From an uncultured archaeon (GTDB lineage Archaea > Asgardarchaeota > Thorarchaeia > Thorarchaeales > Thorarchaeaceae), in NCBI GenBank assembly GCA_964631415.1, contig CAZVZC010000004.1, forward strand, positions 1 to 64,000: 64,000 bases of DNA. The letters run 5' to 3'. The notes under the pieces are model-generated. The model saw nothing but the letters and a program-made list of their open reading frames with translations, made no database searches and was not told where the DNA came from. Shown here piece by piece: positions 57,932-64,000 of the stretch; position 1 is the stretch's first letter; each line of letters begins with the position of its first letter. A program made the position numbers and the translations under genes.

Positions 57932-58225
57932 TCACGTTGGCTTGATCTCGCCTGCACGCCTCAACTCAAACACTACCACGTTGCCCGGGTCTGGACATGC
58001 CACAGAGGTGCGATCCGGATCCTTTCCCCAAGGAAAAGCACCACCGAACTCGAGGACGGTGACGAATGGAAGCATGGAGTTGTACGCCCAGCGACAGACC
58101 TTTGCCCTCTCGCTGTCTTTCGACAGGTCAAACTCGTCACCCACTTTGTAGAGCTTGCACGGACTCTCTCCTTGCTGGGCACGAAGTTCTGCGACACGTG
58201 CAATTATCCGGTATCTCTTTGTCGT
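57932..58225 (-). CDS. TIGR04076 family protein (probable ACG start)
   Basis: YRIIARV..C..YKVGDEF..C.WA...P..FPW..ACPDP..V.FEL in one frame; GGTGAT SD precedes ACG. Confidence 0.8.
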   Translation of the reverse strand, partial: TTKRYRIIARVAELRAQQGESPCKLYKVGDEFDLSKDSERAKVCRWAYNSMLPFVTVLEFGGAFPWGKDPDRTSVACPDPGNVVVFELRRAGEIKPT

Positions 58226-58247
58226 TCTTGCATCACCATCCGAAACA

Positions 58248-59897
58248 TCACTTTACCTCGCGAAGCTCACGTCGCAGTATCTTCCCCACGGCACTCTTCG
58301 GCAGTGAGGAAACAAAAGAGATGATGCGAGGGTACTTGTAGGCAGCCATATGCTCCTTGGCCCACTCCTTGATCTCATCCTCAGTGACCTTTCCTTCGTA
58401 CTCAGGCTTCAGTCTGATGAATGCCTTGATTGTTTCACCTGCCGCCGGGTCTGGAATGCCGATGACTCCAACTTCAGCGACTGCGGGATGTCTGTAGAGG
58501 AGATCCTCCACCTCCGCTGGGAATACCGAGTACGCCTTGTACTTGATGAGGTCTTTCTTCCTGTCGCCGATGTACACATAGCCGTCTGCGTCAAAGCGGC
58601 CGATGTCGCCAGTGTGCATCCAACCCCCTTTCAGCGTCTCATCGGACTCCTTCTCCTTGTGCCAGTAGCCAGCCATCACCTGTGGGCCTCGAATCAGGAT
58701 TTCACCCCATTCACCAATTGCCATCTCCTTGGCATCATTCGTAGTGTCCACTATCTTGATGTCAGTGTTGAAGATTGGGAGGCCCACGCTTCCTGGCTTC
58801 AAGACACCCTCCGGAATAAGAGTCTGTATTGGCGAGGTTTCTGTCATTCCGTATCCTTCGACTATGTATATTCCTGTGAGCCGCTGAAACTGCTCCAGAA
58901 TCTCAACAGGGAGAGGCGCAGCGCCGGAGAAAGCATGCTTCAGGGACTGCAGCGTTTCTTTCTTGAGGTCAGGCCGCCCTAGCATTGAAACATACAGTGT
59001 TGGCACTCCAACGAGTACCGTCGCTCCATACTTCGGGATTACGTGAAGGACCTCCTTTATGTCGGGTCTTGGGATCATTATGATACTGGCCGCTATGTAC
59101 GAGGCCAGTACAAGCACACATGAAAGGCCAAATGCGTGAAAGAACGGAAGGACTCCCACAAAGCACTCCTTGCCCTCATTGACCTTGAACCACCTACGAC
59201 CCGCCTCTGCGTTGAACATCAAGTTGCGGTGCGTCAGCATCGCGCCCTTGGGCATACCCGTGGTCCCTCCTGTGTATAGCAGAGTGGCAACATCATCTGC
59301 GCCAAGAATGTTCTCAGGGGGTGTCACGGGCTGGTCAGACATCAAATCCTGAAAAAGACGGATCTCAGGTCCAACCGGTAACGTTGGGTGCTCGATCTTG
59401 CCAACAAGCTTGCCCAAAACAGCCTTGGCTTTCGGCAGATATTCACCTGTCCTCGTATAGACTACTGTCTGAACTTCTGTGCCCTTTCTCCCTTTCTCAG
59501 CAACCTCATGGAACATGTCCAGAGCCACAAGAATCTTGGCTCCAGTGTTCTCAAGTTGATGGTGAAGCTCGAGTTCCTTGAGCAGTGGATTGACTGGTGA
59601 AATCATTGCCCCTGCTTTGAAAGCGCCGTAGAAAGCAATAGGAAACTGCGGCAGGTTGGGAACCATGATTGCTACTCTATCGCCCTTCTCGATGCCCAAG
59701 CCCAATAGAGCATGAGCGAACTGATTACTCATCTCATCGATCTGTCTGTAGTTTATCGTCTTGCCCATGATGTAGAAAGCGGGATGACTGGGAAACCGCT
59801 TGGCAGTAGTCATGAAAGTTTCATGAATTGTTACGTTGGGAACCTCGATATCATGTGGCAAGCCCTTCGGCCAGCTGTTCTGCCAGAACCTCTCCAT
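58248..59897 (-). CDS. fadD: Long-chain fatty acid--CoA ligase
   Basis: YTGGTTG.PKG, EGYG.TE, TGD and PKSAVGK motifs. Confidence 0.95.
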   Translation of the reverse strand: MERFWQNSWPKGLPHDIEVPNVTIHETFMTTAKRFPSHPAFYIMGKTINYRQIDEMSNQFAHALLGLGIEKGDRVAIMVPNLPQFPIAFYGAFKAGAMISPVNPLLKELELHHQLENTGAKILVALDMFHEVAEKGRKGTEVQTVVYTRTGEYLPKAKAVLGKLVGKIEHPTLPVGPEIRLFQDLMSDQPVTPPENILGADDVATLLYTGGTTGMPKGAMLTHRNLMFNAEAGRRWFKVNEGKECFVGVLPFFHAFGLSCVLVLASYIAASIIMIPRPDIKEVLHVIPKYGATVLVGVPTLYVSMLGRPDLKKETLQSLKHAFSGAAPLPVEILEQFQRLTGIYIVEGYGMTETSPIQTLIPEGVLKPGSVGLPIFNTDIKIVDTTNDAKEMAIGEWGEILIRGPQVMAGYWHKEKESDETLKGGWMHTGDIGRFDADGYVYIGDRKKDLIKYKAYSVFPAEVEDLLYRHPAVAEVGVIGIPDPAAGETIKAFIRLKPEYEGKVTEDEIKEWAKEHMAAYKYPRIISFVSSLPKSAVGKILRRELREVK

Positions 59898-60066
59898 TTT
59901 GCACACGTCCGGGATTAGCTAGATGAAACTATACTAACCTGCAGACCCGGGATATAACAGCATTGCCCAATCAAGTGAAACAAAGGCATGTTGACCTCCA
60001 GACAAAAACGATTTGTGCCAGCAATACTATGCACCTGATTACTGAAACGCTCTTGGAGAGGACTAC

Positions 60067-62052
60067 ATGAAGACAATCACTGTGATTGGCGCAGGTACAA
60101 TGGGGCACGGAATAGCCCAGTTGGCTGCCAAGGCAGGTTATCAAGTGTACCTGAATGATGTGAAGAAGGAGTTCATTGACAAGGGTTTCGAACGCATAAA
60201 GTGGAGCCTCGGGAAATTCGCAGAGAAGAAGAACATCACTGAGGAGCAGGCGAAGGAGATCTTCGGGAGAATAAAGCCCGAACTGGATCTAGCAAAGGCC
60301 GCAAGAACTGCTGACATCATAGTTGAGGCAATCATCGAGGACATGGCCATGAAGCAGGAACTTGGCCGTAACTTGGACAAGGTCATGAAGAAAGGGGCCA
60401 TATTCGCTACCAACACAAGCACACTGCCCATCACAGAGATAGCCTCTGCTTTCTCGCATCCTGAGAATGTAATTGGGATGCACTTCTTCAACCCACCACA
60501 GCTAATGCCACTGGTAGAGATAATCCGCGGCGAAAAGACTTCAGAGAGCACGCTGACGACAATAGTCGAACTGTCGCGCGAGATGGGAAAGGACATTGTC
60601 ACTTGTAAGAAGGATGTCCCTGGCTTCATTGTGAACCGCATGCTCGGGCCTCTGCTCAACGAAGCCGCATGGATAGTCGAACGAGGTGAAGCGAGCATCA
60701 CGGCCATAGACTCTGCATCGAAGTACAGGCTTTCTCTGCCCATGGGTCTGTTCGAACTCGCAGACTACAGCGGAGTCGATGTGATCTACAATGCACAGAA
60801 GTACTTCGTCAAGAGAGGATTGATTTCCAACCAGCCGCCCATTTGGGAGAAGAAGGTCAAGGCCCAGGAGTTCGGGATGAAGGTCGGGAAGGGCTTCTAC
60901 ACGTACAAGCAGGGTGCCCTCGGATGGGAGAGACCAGACATCCCGAGAGATGCAGGAAACAGCGTAGACCTCGTCAGACTCTTCGCTCCGGCAATCAACT
61001 CAGGAGCAGAAGTTGTGCGACTGGAGATTGCCACCAGAGAGGACGTCGACAAGTCGGTGAAGATGGGGCTGGGATTTCCGAAGGGCATTCTCGAGATGGC
61101 AGATGAGTTTGGCATAGACAAAGTGATGGATGCTCTGAAAGACCTGCGCAGCAAACACGGCGAGTTCTACAAACCAGACCCTATGCTAGAACAGATGATG
61201 AGCGAGGGTCGCACAGGGAGGGCGGCTGGCAAGGGATTCTATGATTACAAGGAGAAGGCAACCGAGCTGGAAACACTCATTTTGAGAAAGGAACCCGAGA
61301 ACAAAATCGCTTGGCTGATTGTGAACCGGCCGCACAGACTGAACACATTCACCCTTGAGTCCATAGGGGACTTCCGACGGGCATTCCTTGATGTCGCCGC
61401 TGACAAGAACATCAGAGTACTCATAATCACTGGCGCAGGAGACAAAGCGTTCTGTACGGGAGCAGACCTGACAGCTTTCTCTGGTGACATCAACCCCTCG
61501 GCAGCGCGAGACCTATCCGCACAGGGTCACGACCTCTTCGCCATGATTGAGAAGCTGCCGCAACCCGTCGTCGCAGCCATAAACGGGTACGCCTATGGAG
61601 GTGGGTGCGAACTCTCATTGGCCTGTGATTTCCGGATTGCCGCTGAGCGTGCCAAGATCGGTCTGACAGAGATGCGCTTGTCACTCCTTCCTGGATGGGG
61701 TGGTACACAGCGGCTACCGAGAATCATCGGGCTTGCGAAGGCCAAGGAGGCCATCATGCTTGCACGGAGGTACACTGCTGAGGAGGCACTGGCGATAGGT
61801 CTCGTTCACAAGGTCGTTCCAAACGAGCACTTCGAGGAAGAGGTCAGAGCATTCGCAAAGGAACTGGCCAAACAGTCCCCAATCGCGATAAAACTCGCCA
61901 AGCAATGCCTGAATCAGGGTACGCAAGTACCACTCGACGTAGGCATGGAACTTGAAGCACAGGCCTTCGGGACACTCTTCTCGACAGAGGATCTCTTTGA
62001 GGGGATTGCGGCATTCATGGAGAAGAGGGAGCCGGACTTCAAGGGCAAGTAG
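60067..62052 (+). CDS. Fused 3-hydroxyacyl-CoA dehydrogenase / enoyl-CoA hydratase
   Basis: GAGTMG, TNTSTL and HFFNP motifs, then crotonase domain (GADL, GGG.E, PG.GG). Confidence 0.95.
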   Translation: MKTITVIGAGTMGHGIAQLAAKAGYQVYLNDVKKEFIDKGFERIKWSLGKFAEKKNITEEQAKEIFGRIKPELDLAKAARTADIIVEAIIEDMAMKQELGRNLDKVMKKGAIFATNTSTLPITEIASAFSHPENVIGMHFFNPPQLMPLVEIIRGEKTSESTLTTIVELSREMGKDIVTCKKDVPGFIVNRMLGPLLNEAAWIVERGEASITAIDSASKYRLSLPMGLFELADYSGVDVIYNAQKYFVKRGLISNQPPIWEKKVKAQEFGMKVGKGFYTYKQGALGWERPDIPRDAGNSVDLVRLFAPAINSGAEVVRLEIATREDVDKSVKMGLGFPKGILEMADEFGIDKVMDALKDLRSKHGEFYKPDPMLEQMMSEGRTGRAAGKGFYDYKEKATELETLILRKEPENKIAWLIVNRPHRLNTFTLESIGDFRRAFLDVAADKNIRVLIITGAGDKAFCTGADLTAFSGDINPSAARDLSAQGHDLFAMIEKLPQPVVAAINGYAYGGGCELSLACDFRIAAERAKIGLTEMRLSLLPGWGGTQRLPRIIGLAKAKEAIMLARRYTAEEALAIGLVHKVVPNEHFEEEVRAFAKELAKQSPIAIKLAKQCLNQGTQVPLDVGMELEAQAFGTLFSTEDLFEGIAAFMEKREPDFKGK

Positions 62053-62063
62053 GAGTGGATGTT

Positions 62064-63239
62064 ATGGTTGTGAAGAAACTGCGCGAAGCAGTCATCGTCG
62101 AAGCAGTACGAACGCCTATCGGCAAGAGAAACGGGAGTTTTGCCAATGTCCGACCTGACGAGTTGGCCTCCCACGTCCTGAAAGAGATCGTCAAGCGGGT
62201 CAAGATAGATCCTGCCACCGTCGACGACGTGATCATGGGCTGTAACACTCAGACTGCACAACAGGCGGCAAACATAGGCCGCCTCTCGGTATTGGGTGCC
62301 GGCTTTCCGTACACAGTGCCGGCTTGCACACTCAATCGAGCGTGCGGCTCATCCCAGCAGGCAGTCAACTTCGGAGCTCAGTCTATAGCTACATACAACG
62401 CAGACATCATCATAGCTGCCGGCGTCGAGCATATGACCCTGCTCCCAATCGGTGCGGATTTCGGAGAGGGCTATGCGTCGTTCAATCCGAAGCTCGTGGA
62501 GAAGTATGCCCTCGTGCCTATGACGATGAGTTCGGACATGATGGCAGAGAAGTACAAGATAGCAAGGGAGGACCTAGACAAGTTCGCCCTATGGAGCCAC
62601 AAGAAAGCGGTTGCCGCTTGGGATGCTGGGAAGTTCGAGAAGGAAGTGGTGCTCATGGAAGTGGCTCAGCCAGACGGAGGAACCACAATCGTCAAGAAGG
62701 ATGACAGCCCTCGTCGTGAAACCTCTCTTGAGAAGCTGGCTTCACTGCCCACACTGCATGGCGGAACGACCACTGCTGGAAATGCCTGTCCCATAAACGA
62801 TGGAGCTGCCGCAGTGATGATGATGTCCCGCGAGAAGGCGGACGAGCTCGGTCTCAAGGCTCGTGCGTTAGTCCATACTCAGGCCGTCGTAGGGGTTGAA
62901 CCTGTCACCTGCCTTGAGGGACCAATCTACGTCATACCCAAATGCCTGCAACGTGCAGGACTGACGTTGAAAGACATCGACCTCATGGAGATCAACGAGG
63001 CATTTGCATCGGTTGTCTTGGCCACAGGCAAGATGCTAGGCTTTGATGCCCTGACGGACAAGCGACTTGCGGTTCATGGTGGCTCAATTGCCCTAGGACA
63101 CCCTCTTGGCGCCTCTGGTGCTAGGCTGATAACAACGTTGCTCCATGCGCTAGAGGACCGAAAGCTGAGATACGGGCTAGTTTCGATGTGCATTGGGCTC
63201 GGACAGGGAACAGCTACAATCATCGAACGTGTGAAATAA
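62064..63239 (+). CDS. Acetyl-CoA C-acyltransferase (thiolase)
   Basis: NRACGSS, NEAFA, GHPLGASG and CIG.GQG motifs. Confidence 0.95.
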   Translation: MVVKKLREAVIVEAVRTPIGKRNGSFANVRPDELASHVLKEIVKRVKIDPATVDDVIMGCNTQTAQQAANIGRLSVLGAGFPYTVPACTLNRACGSSQQAVNFGAQSIATYNADIIIAAGVEHMTLLPIGADFGEGYASFNPKLVEKYALVPMTMSSDMMAEKYKIAREDLDKFALWSHKKAVAAWDAGKFEKEVVLMEVAQPDGGTTIVKKDDSPRRETSLEKLASLPTLHGGTTTAGNACPINDGAAAVMMMSREKADELGLKARALVHTQAVVGVEPVTCLEGPIYVIPKCLQRAGLTLKDIDLMEINEAFASVVLATGKMLGFDALTDKRLAVHGGSIALGHPLGASGARLITTLLHALEDRKLRYGLVSMCIGLGQGTATIIERVK

Positions 63240-63304
63240 CAAGCATTCATCTGCATAGGTTCTTTACGCGACATGCCACATCAGAACTCGCAGGCGGCAA
63301 TGGC

Positions 63305-64000
63305 ATGAACATCGAGAAAGCTGTTGCTTTCGTGACGGCCAGAGGCAATCCAATCGAGATTGCTCGAATGTCATCCATACTATGGAATCAGAAGAGCAGC
63401 CGTTCTGCTGTCACCAGACTCAGTAGGATGCAGAACGAAGACGGAGGGTACTCGTTGGAGCAAGGGGGCATCAGCACAGTCTGCACCACGGTCAATGTGA
63501 TCTCATGGTTGGATGATCTTCAACTTCGCAGTGGCCCGCTCGTAGACATGGCGTTCAGGTTTCTACTCAAGCACGAACACACCGATGGCGGCTGGGACGA
63601 GGTGGAAGGAATCATCGGAACAAACCCTCCTCCATTCCTCATGCCCGGAGAAGCGAGTACGAGAACTTGGCTCACTGCGTGCTGCGCCCACTGGTTTGTG
63701 CGGTTTGGCCGCGGTCAGCCGCTCGACGCCAAGGGACACCCAGTGGATTTCCTGCTCCAAAGCCGGGAAGCGTCGGGCAGACTGAAGGGGTATCTTCGTG
63801 CTACTTGGGATGCTCTGGTCCTATTAAGTCAACACCCCGGGCCTGACTCCAGCGAGTTCAAGGAAACCTTGGCAGCGATAGAGAGAGAGCTTGCCCCAGA
63901 GAACTGGGAAGGGTCCAACCTGGCTTGGCTGCTGTGTTGCTTCAGAGATGCGGGACTGCCCGGTGACAACCTGCTGGTCAAGAAAGCCCTGGATGAACTC
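63305..64000 (+). CDS. Prenyltransferase/squalene-oxidase repeat (alpha/alpha barrel) protein, 3'-truncated by window edge
   Basis: Translated by hand: MNIEKAVAFV..., QNEDGGY and HEHTDGGW repeats; no stop before window end; absent from the ORF track. Confidence 0.8.
   Translation, partial: MNIEKAVAFVTARGNPIEIARMSSILWNQKSSRSAVTRLSRMQNEDGGYSLEQGGISTVCTTVNVISWLDDLQLRSGPLVDMAFRFLLKHEHTDGGWDEVEGIIGTNPPPFLMPGEASTRTWLTACCAHWFVRFGRGQPLDAKGHPVDFLLQSREASGRLKGYLRATWDALVLLSQHPGPDSSEFKETLAAIERELAPENWEGSNLAWLLCCFRDAGLPGDNLLVKKALDEL

Noticed and set aside
1-64000. Genome-wide TAG recoding or selenocysteine genes
   Set aside because: Many conserved genes end normally at TAG (dpsL, trpB2, aor); I noticed no in-frame TGA at a conserved Cys position and no convincing SECIS.
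1-64000. CRISPR arrays, IS elements, proviral genes, tRNA/rRNA
   Set aside because: No regularly spaced repeats, transposase/integrase motifs or RNA-gene signatures were seen by eye.

Overview
Gene-dense archaeal chromosomal segment with TATA-box promoters and GAGGTGA/GGAGG ribosome-binding sites. Two tungsten-type aldehyde:ferredoxin oxidoreductases, archaeal DpsL, TrpB2, a beta-oxidation cluster and a PCI-like membrane protein suggest an anaerobic heterotroph, most plausibly an Asgard (Thorarchaeia-like) archaeon; this taxonomy is inference only. About 65 CDSs are supported. I found no rRNA, tRNA, CRISPR array or transposase/integrase. The most striking unannotated signal is upstream of trpB2 (28364-28666). 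It has three TGTACA-type TRP boxes at exact 10-bp spacing, a TATA box, and a ~230-nt leader. The leader carries an SD-led 20-codon uORF with a Trp codon, mutually exclusive helices and an anti-SD hairpin, making it a candidate Trp-sensing attenuator in an archaeon. Other highlights: a secreted linalool dehydratase/isomerase-like enzyme coupled to an ECF S-component, a PIG-N/PIG-O-like membrane phosphotransferase, a Pelota-like protein lacking its N domain, an amber-interrupted methyltransferase, probable ACG/CTG starts, and several repeated operator palindromes next to their likely regulators. Many start coordinates were adjusted by eye from the ORF track. All family calls come from motif recognition, not database searches.
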